The translations under genes and the position numbers were made by a program. 64,000 nt of DNA from the human T2T-CHM13v2.0 reference genome, Homo sapiens. The notes beneath the pieces were generated by a model that did no database searches, was not told the origin of the DNA, and saw nothing but the letters and a program-made list of their open reading frames with translations. The stretch is from NCBI RefSeq assembly GCF_009914755.1, contig NC_060930.1. The stretch is one strand, 5' to 3'. Position 1 is the stretch's first letter. Each line of letters begins with the position of its first letter. Of the stretch, positions 1 to 16,500 are shown piece after piece.

Positions 1-347
1 AAAATGCCCAAATTGTTAATACTTATTATTTATCTGAAAATTAAACACTCAAAAGTTTATTTCATGGCTATTAATTGTGAGAGTAAAAATTTTCGGAATT
101 TCTATAGCAATGCAAAACACTGCCCTTTGTAACTGAATATTAAGTGCCATAGTGGTGACAGTAATAATCATATTAATCCCATGCTAAGGAATTAAGACTG
201 CTCTCTAGAAAATGGAGAATCATGAAAAGGAGAAGCCTGGTAGGATCTGATCTGCCTTTTTGACTGATGCTATGAAAAGTTCCAAACGGATATGCTAATA
301 CAATAGATTATACTAATCACTAAATATTTATGGCTTAATCCAAAATT

Positions 348-460
348 CTTTTTATTTATTTATTTATTTATTTTTAGATGGAGTCTCCCTCTGTTGCCTA
401 CGCTGGAGTACAGTGACACGACCTCAGCTCACTGCAACCTCCGCCTTGTGGGTTCAAGCG
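348..460 (-). mobile_element. Severely 5'-truncated Alu (3' ~85 bp plus (TTTA)n tail) with 13-bp TSD
   Basis: Alu right-arm end; TTAATCCAAAATT repeated at 335-347 and 461-473. Confidence 0.9.
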
Positions 461-1719
461 TTAATCCAAAATTATTAATTCTATATGAGGAACACAATGA
501 TATAGAAAAAAATCGAATTACATTAAACAGCTTGATTTGCACATTTTCTATAAAGTAGTGGCAACAATAAGAATTAAACTAAAGGCAGCTCCTCAGCATG
601 GATGCACATAAAGAAATGGGGGAAATTATCTATACCAAACAAATAATGATCTGTTAATTCCACTAAATAAACTGAAACATTAAAAAGACAAAAATCTTGC
701 CAGAGAATACACTTGTTTTCATATTTAGAAACACTAACTTGGTGAGATTAAACCAATAAAGATAAATAAAGGCCAAACTATGTAACAACCATCTGCCCAC
801 CTACTGTGGGGAATGTGGGTAAGGAGAAAGAATAGGGAAATATAATCCACAAAATATTCAAGGCAAAAATATTTTGGTTATTACAACAACCACAATTTGA
901 GAACTATAAACATTAAATGTAAATTAGTGGCAAATCTTGTGGTGTTCTTAAATTCAATGATATTTTAAAATTCATCTTTGCCAAGGTGTTTTACAAACAA
1001 GCTAGAAGACTGATCTCTAAGAAAACCCTTGAAAAGTATTTTTTAAAAGAGAAGGATCTCATTTTAAAAAGAACAAACTGAAATTACTTGAGACAGAAAA
1101 TATTGAGTGATTCTATAAAAAACTTAATTGAACAGTATAATCACCATGTGGCAGTCAAATATCCGTTTAGGCAAGACTAAAAACAGCAGCCCGGTAAGGC
1201 CTGCATCATGCATCACCAACAGTGGACACGAGTGTTCACAGTGTGCAGTGCTGATGTCTATCTTTACCCAAATAAATGACTCTGTTTTACTTCCCTTGAT
1301 GTAGGAAAGGTGGAAATAAATAGCAATCATTATTCCAATGCTTTCCTACCAAATCCAGATAGAAAATATCATGTCCCCATAACAAAAGATACTTGTGAAT
1401 ATCAGATAATATATTCTGATCTGGATTAGGGAAAATAGGATTACTATGAGTATGGTTTCAATGCTGCCACCATGTATTTTGCTCCCCTGCAGACTAAAGA
1501 AAGGAATAGGGGGAAGAAAACTTTTAAATTTCATCCAAAAACTAACAGTAAAGAATCTAAATAGGTCCAAGGGTGGGGGACAAATGGGAATGGTACTAAT
1601 ATTGTTTTTAAAAAGATGGCAGTCATTTGATTAATCCTGCTATAAAATTTCTCTACAGCAAAGCAACAACTGTAAGAGATTATATATCCAGAAATGTTAG
1701 AGAATGATTAAAAAACAGT

Positions 1720-2035
1720 GCCAGGCTTGGTGCCTCACACCTATAATCCCAGCATTTTGGGAGGCTAAGATGGGAGGATTGCTTGAGCCCAGGAGTTTGA
1801 GACCAGCCTGGACAACATAGTAAGACCCTGTCTCTACAAAAATATGAAAATTTGGTGGGTGTGGTGGCACGTTCCTGTAGTCTCAACTACTTGGGAGGCT
1901 CAGGCTAGAGGATCGATCAAGCCTGGGAGGTTGAGGCTGCAGTGAGCTGTGATTGGGCCATGGCATTTCAGCCTGGGGAACAGAAGGAGACTCTGTCTTT
2001 AAAACAAAACAAAACAAAAACAGAATAAAACAAAC
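1720..2035 (+). mobile_element. AluJ
   Basis: Dimeric Alu with GGATTGCTTGAGCCCAGGAG (J-type) and (AAAAC)n tail. Confidence 0.9.
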
Positions 2036-2969
2036 ACAACCACTCTAGTTTCACACCTGTATGTGAGGTGCTCTAATCATCAAAGCAGAAGTCAGACTCC
2101 ACCCTCAGCTGAAGCTCATATTTCACAAGGTTAAGAAAAGCATAAAAAGATCCCTTGAGAGCCATCTTCAAATTGGATATAGTAAGCTACAGAAAAATAG
2201 GGATCTAGGTAAGAGTTAGGTTAGAGTTCCATTTTTATAGATCTGTAACTTGCTTTTTATTTCAACTTTCCCCAATTTTAGACAAGCACTTATGACAACA
2301 AATACACAATTCTTTACCATTATATCATAAAAGTACAGCTATAGCTATGGGTAAAATGTAATTTGATAGTATAAAAAGTCACAGACGGAAATCACTTTCA
2401 GAGCTACATATTACATCTATTTTGGGTTCTTCTAAATCAAATAATACTACCTCGTCTACAGTTCCTATGCCAGAATAACATATACTGAATGACATTAATC
2501 CTGCACTGTGCAGCTAGATTTACCACAGGTATCTTGTTGGTATTTCTACTAATACTCCCTTCAGAATAATTTCATAAGTATTTCGAAATTGTTTGAACAA
2601 AAATTAACCTTTAATAAACATAACAATGAGTTATCCTAATGAAACTCTTCCAGGAACTAACCTTGACGTATTACATTGTTTCATGTTTTTCAATGCACCC
2701 TAGCCCTTTTCAAGTTTATTTTGCAAACCACACTGAAGCTAATTCAATGACCCTGCCTAAATGTCTTAAAGAAGTAATGTGCCCTATGTCAGAATAAACT
2801 AAATTTCAAATTATGTAGCAAGTAGAAAATATATGGCTCAAAAACAAAACCAATAATCCATTAAGAAGGTTCAAAATTAAAAACAAATATAGTAATAATT
2901 AGAATAGTAACCCATTTATTGAGGCTGTATTCACCTTTACTAGATACTTACTTTTGATTGGTCAGTTAT

Positions 2970-3110
2970 TACTCTAGGACTGTGAGGGCAAAGGCCATAT
3001 TTTATCTTTTTTTAATAGTCACAGCCTCAGGACCTAGAACAGTGATTGACTTAAAAAATCTCAATAAATAAATGTTTAATAAATAAAGGAGTGAAAGCAT
3101 GGATGGACGA
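2970..3110 (+). mobile_element. L2 3'-end fragment
   Basis: ctgtgagggca...cctagaacagtg...ctcaataaataaatgttt resembles the L2 3' terminus. Confidence 0.55.
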
Positions 3111-3279
3111 TTTGCTTGACTCCAAAGAAAAAGATTTGCATTCATTTTTACCACGTTGTGTCTTAGAGAAAACTTCCTAGAGAGTTGAACAGAGCGCCAA
3201 GATTCTAAGACATCATTCTACTAATTCACACTGCCGTAATGTTAAAGACCTTTACACTGAAGGACCTTTGTGGCTATCT

Positions 3280-3770
3280 TTTCACACCCATTACTTCTTC
3301 CTAAAGTTCCAGAGATCCAGGGTTTTGCTGAAGTCTGACTGTACACTCAACTTCAGGGATGAAGCATACAGCTTAGGGTAAGCCAGACAGGACATTTCAT
3401 CCTACTAGCTACTGCCACTGGCAGGGACTGGGGAGATGTTGTGACCCAAGCCTTTTTAAGAGTAAATCTTGGGACAAAGGCATTCTCTCTCCACCTGGAC
3501 CTAAAACTTCTATAGTCATTTGTGCTCCTATGTGAGAAATAAATATTCAATATGACCTGAAGATTAGGCCAACAAAAACATAAAAGGGCAGGAAAAGCAG
3601 AATAGGGAATTGGAGCTAGAAATCCAATGTACATTGTGAACTTCAATATCAAACCTTGCTTGAAGCCAAATCTACCTCTGGGCTTTGTTATCTGAAACAA
3701 AACCTTTCCCTAGCTGCTTAATTTTGTTTGAATTGGTTTTTTTTTTTTAATTAACTGCAATCAATAGCAT
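3280..3770 (+). mobile_element. Degraded MLT1-family (MaLR) LTR
   Basis: ccttgcttgaagcc...ctgggctttg...ttgtttgaattggtttt...actgcaatcaa resembles the MLT1 3' end. Confidence 0.45.
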
Positions 3771-5869
3771 CATGCAAAAATATTAACTGTTTTCAACTTT
3801 TACATCATTATTACTGCTCTGAAGATGGTCTGTATGACACTATGTAGGGTTATAGTCCCCTACTCTTCAATTATATGATGTAATATTATACCTATACATC
3901 TTCAAATTGGAACAGCAGCTTTCTGAAATATTTGAGAATCTAAACTCAAACTATAGCTGAATAAAACATTTAAGGACTAAAAATAAACACCAATATTAAT
4001 ATCTATTGATATTTATTTATTGAGAGCATCTAATAGATGTTACTGCATTTATACAAAAATACCCATGAAACTAGAATCTTCCTGATATAATCATGTCTCA
4101 AATAAAATGCAAAATAAACTTTATTACTTTCAGTATGACAATTCACAGACAACTTTTTCTTCCCTAAAGATCTATTTTATTCCCTACCTCTTTAAACTGT
4201 CTTGCATCTAGAAACAAGGGACAATTAAAAGGAAAAACATGCATAAGAAACAACTGCTTACTTAGCAAATCACAACTAAACCACCATACTTTCTTATGTC
4301 TAAAATTTAACTGACACTTTACGAGTTTCTAACTGCTAGTATTTCAATCTGGCAACAAGCGCCTTCTCTAGATGAGAAAAAATCAATGGTACATCTTTTT
4401 GCACAACATGCATTTACTTGTATTTACATGCATATTATATGTGTATATTGCTTCATACATTCATCTGTTCGGTCTTAACTGCAAGCATCTAAAGAGCCTA
4501 TTTAATTTGCTTCATAAAGCATATCCTTCAGCACCACTTACAAAGTAAATACTTCTGATGGGAAAAATAAAATAAAATGAAAAGAGAAATTGCAGAACAA
4601 AGGAAATCAAATGAGGATTAAGAGAAACATAACAGAGATGGTAAATATGTAAATTCAAAACAGCATAAATTTATAAATTCAATAAACTTGTAAATCTCAT
4701 CCTCCACTGTCAGCCACTATTAGCATGTTGGTATATTTCTCCTTGCAGCCTTAATTTCAATGTGTTTGCGAAACATGAATATTCCCTTATCATCAGGTAA
4801 ACAGTGTTCTCAGCCCATTTCCAATACTATGAAAAACATTGTGATGAATAGTTTTGTGCATATGAATGTGCACATGAACAAAATTCCTGATATCTAAAGA
4901 GAAATTACCAAATGTAGGTCTACTAGGCTGCAGTATATTAATGCTTCTAATGCTTCTAACTGAATTGATATTTTAAAATACTTTCTCGGTTTTACTAATC
5001 TACATTTCCACAGTTAATGTGTTACCACTCCCATCTTACTTTTGACCATTTTATATACAAAAATGGCATTATTTCAATACCAGTAAGTAGATACTTTATA
5101 TATTTATTTTTATTTCTTCTTGTTTTTCATATCCTTTGCCAATTTTCCTACTAGAATGTTCTTACTGATTTTAAAAGAGCTATATAAATGATACTGATAG
5201 TTTTGTCATATTTTTATTCATTTGCCTTTTAATAATTTTTGTGTTTTTGAAACAGACATAATTTTTATAAGATCAAATTTAAAAGTCACTTCCTTTGTGA
5301 TTTTTTCACCCCCAAACTGGGCTCTGAGTGACCTTTCAGAATATTTTAATAGAGTCTATTTCCTCTCTTGAAAAATTCACAAAATTTAGCATACAAAACC
5401 CTCTGAAAATTCCTAAAAGAAACTTCTTAAAAGTTTGAACTTAGCATTTCACAAACTTATTTGAAAACAGACCACTCCCTACTCCCACAGTGTATTTGAC
5501 AACATCTTGAGGAACAGCATTTCTCAAAAGCTTTGAAACAAAAGCCTAGAAAGTCCTTCCATATTACCTGTGGTTATTTGTATTTTTTAAAAATGGTTTT
5601 ACTTTTTATACCAAATTTTTAATATTCTGGAATGTATTTTGATGCATGTGTAAGGTTAAGAGTTATCATTATGTTTTCTTTTTCAGTAGTTCTATAATTG
5701 TCTTGGCATCTTTCTCCCACTGATTTCTAATACCATCTTTATTGTGACTAATTCTTCTTTATATTTAATTGTATCATTTATTCTCTTCACAGGAGTGCCT
5801 GTGGGTTTTACACTAGTACCACACTATTTTGACTGTCGTAGTTTCATGGAATCTTATATTATTTGGTGG

Positions 5870-5909
5870 TATTAGGTTGGTGCAAAAGTAATTGTGGTTT
5901 TGCCATTAA
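5870..5909 (+). mobile_element. Half MADE1 (Hsmar1-derived MITE; one TIR)
   Basis: TA + TTAGGTTGGTGCAAAAGTAATTGTGGTTTTGCCATTA, with no matching right arm. Confidence 0.85.
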
Positions 5910-7260
5910 ATTAAACTCAATCTCCTACTCTTCTTTAATGAAAATTTCTTGGCTATCCTAATTTTTTATAACTTCAGATGAAGTCTAATATCATTTTATA
6001 AAGTTTTTTTTAAATCCTGCTGAGATTTCTGTTTAAACAACATTAAGCCAATACATTAATGTGGAAACAACTGAGCTATTTACAACATTTAGTCTATATC
6101 CAGGAACATAGTGCTTTTTCATTTATACACTCATGTCTCAGTACATTATTAAAAATGAGTTACATATTTCTTTTACATTTTTTGTTAATATAAAGTTCAT
6201 CTCCAAATAATTTTTTTCTTGTATTATTCTGATTGACACTGTCTTTTTTCTCAATTCTACTATTGAATATTACTGAATTTATTATTGAGTATTACTGAAT
6301 TATGGAAGAAGCTCCTAATTTTGGTCAGTGTCTATCTGACTTAATGAAGACTTTTACTGGCTTCAGTACTTTTTACATTGATGCTCAAGGATTACCAAAA
6401 TTAATAAATTATGTTATCTGTACATAATGATAAATTTTTGTCTCCTGCCAATAGCAATGCCTTTTATTGCACTGCCTAGTGCTCCTTGAACTCTCGCAAA
6501 TAAAAGTGGTAACAGTGGGCATTCCAGAATTTGACAGAACTCTTAATATTTTTAAAACTATCATGATGTCTGTTCATTTAAGTGAGATATTTTTTATCAT
6601 GAAGTAGAAGGACTTTTCTATATCTAGTTTATTAAGATTTTCTAAAAAGTCTAGGAAGTGAATTTTGTCATATCTCTTTTTATTACCAATTAAAACTATC
6701 ATATGGTTATTCTTATTTGACCTAGCTATTTGATATATGATAGTAATATATTTTCTAATATTGAAGCATACTCGAACTCAAGGAAAAAATCCTACTCAGT
6801 TGTGATACATTTTTCATTATATATACTTTCAAATTAAAATTGCTAATACTTTAAGATTTATGCATCTATATTCCTAAGGAAGGTATTATGATAATTTTCA
6901 TTCATTTGAGCTCTGTCTGAAGTTATGCTTGCTTTTTAAAATTTAATGACAAGTTCTCCTTTTTTTTTCTTTTCTATGCTCTGAGATAGCTTGGATAGCA
7001 TGATAATTAACTATTTCATGAATTAAAGAGCTCTTCCATAAACTGGGTTAGATTCAGAGACTTCTGAGCATACAACTGTTTAAAAAAATTTGTCATTTCT
7101 TTGAGTTACTGATTTATCCAGGTTTAGTACTTCCTGATGAGTAAAAATTACACATTTATATTTTCTTAGAAAAACACTCATTCATCAAGATTTATAAATA
7201 AATTGGTTACTAAATTATCGAGCATCTATGGCTATATCATTATTCACTGCTAATTTTTAG

Positions 7261-7455
7261 TATTGATTGGTGCAAAAGTAATTGCGGTTTTTGCCTTTTT
7301 AAATGGCAAAATGATAAATTGTGGTCTTCTGCCAATAGCTATACCTTTTATTGAGAGCTCCTTGAACTCTGGCAAATAAAAGTGGTAACAGTGGGCATTC
7401 TAGAATTAAATTTTTTAGTGGCAAAAACTGCAATTACTTTTGCACCAACCTAATA
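7261..7455. mobile_element. MADE1 MITE with ~98-bp internal insertion
   Basis: Inverted TIRs TTGATTGGTGCAAAAGTAATTGCGGTTTTTGCC and GGCAAAAACTGCAATTACTTTTGCACCAACCTAA, flanked by TA on both sides. Confidence 0.9.
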
Positions 7456-8077
7456 CTTATTTTTTATTTTTCTTATTTAGAGGTGACACAGATTCATTCT
7501 ACCACTTTGTTCTTATATTTGCAAAGAATTTCTTAAGTTGATAAATTTAATTATATGTCTTCTTTTTATTTCTGCTTATCTTTGTATTTTCATTTTTCCT
7601 GTCTTCTCTATTTTATTGTAAAATTTCTATGCTTTAGTTGAATGTTTGGTTTATTTTCATTATTTCCAATTTAATAATGAAAGACTTAAAAGCAAAAAAG
7701 TTGCTTCTCTTTTTAACAAAGCTTTGTCTACACTTGTTTAATTTTATATGGACTTTTCTCGTTGTTACTATCTAAACAGTCTGTGACAGTACAGTTAAAT
7801 TTATTTTTGGTTCATTAGTTGCCTCTGTGATTTTTTTCCCTTTTTAATTTTCAATCAGTCAAGGTTTTGTTTGTTAGTTTAACTTCCGTTATTACTTTCT
7901 AGGTTTTCTTTCCATTCTGGTAAAGTAATATGCCCCATAAATTTTTGCATTTTTGGAGTTTGTTGACTGTATGTGTGTGAGAGAAAGCGACAGTAAGAAA
8001 GAGAGTGAGAGTGAAGGTGGGTGTGAGAGACAGAGAAAGATTTTGTTTGATTCTTCATGGATGGTTGAATAGTGTTT

Positions 8078-8200
8078 CGGTTTTTCGTTTTTAACAGACA
8101 AGGTCTTGCTATGTTGCCCAGGTTGGACTTGAACTCCTAGGCTCAAATGACTCAGTCTCCTGAATAGCTGGGACTACAGGCGTACACCACCACGTGCACC
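8078..8200 (-). mobile_element. FLAM / free Alu monomer
   Basis: agacaaggtcttgctatgttgcccagg...gggactacaggcgtacaccacc; single monomer. Confidence 0.8.
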
Positions 8201-8799
8201 TGAATGGTGGTGTTTTGTAACGATTTTCGATTTTAAAAAACAGTGAATCACTTTCTTCACTGATGATATGTACAGCCATTACATATAATTGAACATGTGC
8301 TGGTTGAAGGTGTGAGGGCAGATGGAGGCTACAGCCCCACCAAACCTCTTCTCTCTTCCCTGAAGAGACCCATGGAATCCTTGGAGTTGTAAGATTTTAA
8401 GACTATTGCTCATTTATAAAACATTATATATGCATCTATTAGATAAACTTAGATATTTATTAAAGTCTTTTTTTTCCCTTGAATTAATCAGTCAAAGATG
8501 GGGATGGTGTGTTCTAGTCTCCACAACAAATGTTTTTCTCTGACCTCTCTCCACATACCAGAAGCTTTCAATGCTCTGGAATTTGATGATTAACAGTTTG
8601 CACCTACTATATTTTCACTATAGGTGTATCTTTTAGTAACATAAAATTATTGCCTTTATTCCATTTTAAAGCTTCTCTCCTTAAATTCTCTTTTCTCTGA
8701 AATTAATACTGTAACCCCCAGTATTACAGGGTTTGTATGATATACCTCTGATTGTTCTTTAACTTTTACCTTTTAAATAATCTAGAAAAATTACATTTC

Positions 8800-8960
8800 T
8801 ATTTCTATATATGTATATATGGGCATAGTGTATACATGTATGTACATGAATTTGCATATGTAAATGTATATACACATATAAATGTATATACATAGATATA
8901 TACATACATGTATTTATTATGTACATATGTAAACTACATATATCTTTGTAGTATATAATT
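8800..8960. repeat. Degenerate (TA/TG/CA)n low-complexity tract
   Basis: tatatatgtatatat...tatacacatata... Confidence 0.8.
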
Positions 8961-11900
8961 CTATCTTTATTTCACAGTCCCATATATTATAACATATTTA
9001 AGAGTTTCAGTTTTTAACTCAACTTTTTAAACTTTTCTGGTATTTGTGAATGTTTATCTTACTGGGATTAGCCTTTTTCTTTTATGTTAAGTATTATGTA
9101 AGATATTTTTGGACTGTTAGCTTTACAGACATTTTATTTTCCTTTTCCTTATAACTGAAATAAATCATGATAGGTAGAAATGGGAATGGTAGAAAGACTT
9201 CAAAAACAGGAGATGGACAACTTCTACAGGCATCCACCTATTTCTTCTTCAATGAGTTTTCTAGTCCACTTACCTCCAAAAACCATAACCCTGGGACTCA
9301 AAATCTCCAGGCATCATAACCATGCCACACTTGGGCACAACTGAATGATATATCTGATTTCTCTTATTATTCAGTCTTTATGAGAAACTATATGTTTTCA
9401 AATCTATGGTCAGTTCATTTCAGGTTAAGCAAATTCAGATGACTACCTGGCACCTTATTTAATTTAAAGCTTATTATCAACAAATTTTAAGCTGCCTTAA
9501 ATGTTATGTATATCACTCTGCTTTCTCTCTAGATTCCACTATTAAGCCTCTGATATGAAAACACAAGATAAAAAGTCACTAGGGATTTTCTGCACCCCAA
9601 ACTGTTTAAAAGCTGCTCTCTCTGGTAAGCTCTAATCCTTGCTCTCTTGTTTACTTTTATCAATTTGAGGATTACTCTGAAGGTAGAGTTCTCTCAACTT
9701 TTTAAGCACCCATTGTTTACATCTCTTTACAAACTTAGGGGCTTACAAGACTAGATAGTTTACTTGATTATTGACAAACTTGAGCTTCTCAGGTTCCTCT
9801 ACAAGCAGCAAAGCAGGTTCTTAGGCACAGCTCTTCTGTGGGTGACCACAGTTCCTCACTGACAAGAAAACTCAAAGCTATTTGAAGCTTTCAGTGACTG
9901 TATTTTGGTCTTTGGTTGACAATATTTGATTAGATGAAAAAATTAGAATGAAAGAAACATTAGCTACACTTAGACACACCTGCCTTATTTTAGGATGGAG
10001 GTGGGTGGGGTTGGAGGGAAGCTATAGTTGTATGTATTTCCCTGCTCTTCTTTCTCAGTCCCTCAAATACACTAAAGCAACTCTGAGCATTATTTAATCT
10101 TTATTTGATCATTTAAAAGGATGTTCTGAGATCATGGATCTCTACTATAGGTATGCCCAAGTGCTAGAATCTGGTGCTAGAGAAAAATAAATGTGTAAGA
10201 GTTAGCTAACTATCACGATGATGAACTAGTAAGGCAAAATGGATGTAAAAATTCAGATTTTTTTATATTTCAAGTCACATAAACTAATAGTAATGAAGTA
10301 AATTATGGATGAAACTAAAGCCAAGCACACATACATCAGCTGAAAACAATAGGAAAGAACTCAGGCTGTTTTTTGTATGTTTGCTCAATGTTTTGAGAAG
10401 AAGCTAGAATACCAAGTGAGTTTTTATATCTATAAAGAAGAAAGAAAACTAAAATTAAGCCTGTTGGTAGGTCTATACCATTTTCATACATGCTAGGGGA
10501 GAAGGTAGTAAACAAAGTTTCTGCAACCATAAGTGATGCTTGGAGGAAAGTTAAGTCATTGAATGATGCCAGGACTGATTATTCTACTGAACTTTAAAAG
10601 CAAGAGATTGCAGTCTCTGAGTCCAAAGTGGTTTCATATGAACTGCCACAGTTGTGGTTAACTCTTGAAACTATAACCTATCAAATTAGAAGCAGGCAAG
10701 GCCTATGCTCTTAACAGTTCCACTTTCTACTGTCTACAGTTAAGTTATGTCTACAAGCCCAGCATATTTTTTTCAGTTAAACTGTTATTTGGATGAGTAG
10801 AATATAAAAGCTACTCTGTTATGTTGGCCAGAGAAGATTTTTGTTATGATACAAAGCTTAACGAAGTTGCCAGTCTCATGTTTATTTGTACATATGAAGA
10901 TTTTCACTGTAACTAGTTTTATCAACTTCTGATATTTTATTATCCTGGTTACCAGTATGTAATACATAACTATAAAGAAGAAGTGTACAGACTGCATAAG
11001 TACCCAAGCTTTTTCTACCCTGCATCTCCAGATATTTTATTGACTTTAGTACCCTGCTGACCCCCAGTTTTCTAGGTCTACAGTAGCCTGCTATTATAGA
11101 GCTACAAAATGTTCCATTTCTTCTCTTCTTGATTGTGGAATGCCCTTTTAGGTAACAGGTTTGGCTAGCCAAGATCTTCCCATCAAAATTGAAAAGTTAC
11201 CTGTTCAATTTTACTAATGCTTTATGTATTATGCTTTATTCCTTAATGAACCTTTCTCAGTGGCCATTTTTATAATATAAAAATATTTAAAAAATAAAGC
11301 ATAAACAATATTTGCTCTTTGTGTAATGCATCATAAGTGAAACCATGCCACTAAACAACCATATCCTGTTTGGGCAATGATGACATCAGAAATACATGTT
11401 TATCATCTGCTTTGGACAACTTAGCATGTTTTTGGCCCAAGGCAAAGTTGAACTAAAATTATTTGCAGTTGTACCAAACCAAGATAACCACACATTTCTA
11501 AAGTAATTGATACCTAAAAGAACACTGCCTTTAGATCACAGTTCATGATCCAAGCCTGCTAATTCTTTAAAGGTTGTTGAAGTTTATAAAGCATGTATGT
11601 CTACTGGACCTCCTCCAAAGTTTAACATAAAATAATTATATCTTCAGCATGCATAGAAACTATAAAAAAGTTGGCACTTAGCACAATCTTTTGCAATTCT
11701 GAAATTACCTCCATTGCCCAACTGAAAGAGAAGGGGAAAATGGAGATTCCTTATATGTGAAAGTATGATAATAGCAATATGAACTGTGAAAATACTGTCT
11801 TGTAATTTGGAAGGCACTCAAATGCAATAAATCATTTTACTTTAAATTTTTCCTTTAGTGTTTAAAGAAATAATAATTTTATGTATAGATAGCTAAGGTA

Positions 11901-12459
11901 AAAAGAAGACATATAATTTTCAAATGCATTGTTAAGACATATCCAGGGAATCCAAATACATGTCACTAATTTTGTCTTGCAGTGATATAAAGCATGTAAC
12001 TGCCCTGGGTACTACCCTAGCTAGTAAGTCCAATCAGAGCCTGCAACTATAGCCAGAAGAATAGCTCTTCACACTATATATGCCAACATAAAAGCAGTAA
12101 GAATTAGTTTTGTTTACAAATAAAACTGGATGATTTGAAACAAGAAAGGTAAATATTTAATTAGAAATTAGCTTCATAAAATAAAATCAGTAAATGTCAG
12201 ATCCAGAGTAGGGAAACCTAATCATTTTCAAAACGGGAAATAAGGAAACAGAAAACAGAAGTTGTTTCCCAAAGTTGATGCTGAAGGCAGATCTGACTCC
12301 CACTTCAGGGGCTGATCCTCTGCACATCGCTGCCATCAGACATAAAACCACTGACTTAGAGATTTCAGACAACATTTAAAGAACATGAGAATAGGACCAA
12401 ACAGCATAGGCACTGCAATGATTGTTCTATTTCTGTAAAAAGGGAAGAATGTACTATAC

Positions 12460-12599
12460 CTCCATTCTTTCTTGTTTAACTTCATCAATTTCGTCATCTT
12501 CAAACATTGCTAAAAGTTCTCCTGTCTGGTCAATAGAGTTGAGGAAGTCCTGAGCAATCTTTTGTCTTTTGTTCGCATTATTGCTGCCACTCAATTTGT
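12460..12599 (-). CDS. SUPT3H: SUPT3H internal coding exon (140 nt, phase 1-0; probably exon 6)
   Basis: Minus strand polypyrimidine tract...cttcatgaag|ACAAATTG...ATGGAG|gtatag. Translates (D)[46 protein letters not shown]. Confidence 0.97.
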
Positions 12600-12779
12600 C
12601 TTCATGAAGTCAAGGGAAAGAAAAAAAGAAATGTTCTCAATAGGTTTACATCAGCACTAATTATTACATGTATTAAATATAGTATACCAAATTCAGAATT
12701 GGGATTCTCTGAAAATAATCTTTTAAAAAATTCTTGCATTCAAAATAAAAGTATAAGTCATACAGAATTAAATAATTTT

Positions 12780-13280
12780 TCATGTCACAAATTAGAATGA
12801 AAGAATAGAACCAAATGATCAATTATCAAAGTAAGTGTGAAAGGGCTAATTAAATCCCTTATAAAAAGGAGAGAGTGGTGTGCTCAGATTTGGAAAAAGA
12901 ATACTGTTATATAGTATTTATAACAAACACCTCTGAAATGAAATGACAATACAAAAAATGATGAGTAAGGATATGCTAGGCAAATACAAGCTAAGAAAGC
13001 AGAACTGGTAACATTAACATTAGAAAATACAGCTCAAGACCAAAAACACTAAAGGAGACAGGGTGAAATACTATCTAGTAATAAAAGGAATTTTAAACGG
13101 CCATAAACTTTTATGTAACAAAATAATAGCAAAATGAATAACACAAAGGAAATCTTAAAAAGCACAATTATTGTGAGATATCTGAATATATATATTTTTA
13201 AATTTGACAACTTAAGGTTACAGAAGATTTAAAAAATATATATCTCTAAGCACATTAACAACTATATACATATAAGAACC
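12780..13280 (+). mobile_element. Old L1M ORF2 5' (endonuclease-region) remnant
   Basis: A-rich degenerate match: aagggctaattaaatccc...aggcaaatacaa...aaagcagaactgg. Confidence 0.5.
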
Positions 13281-13329
13281 TATATTATCATCTTAGGTCC
13301 ATAGATCTTTTTCTTCATTTTTATCATTT

Positions 13330-16500
<3,171 letters not shown>

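Larger units (their letters stand above)
4690..7900 (-). mobile_element. Old L1M (L1ME/MC-like) ORF2/3' remnants
   Basis: T-rich degenerate antisense L1 sequence, e.g. aaaagtggtaacagtgggcattc and ccacactattttgactgtcgtagttt. Confidence 0.6.
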
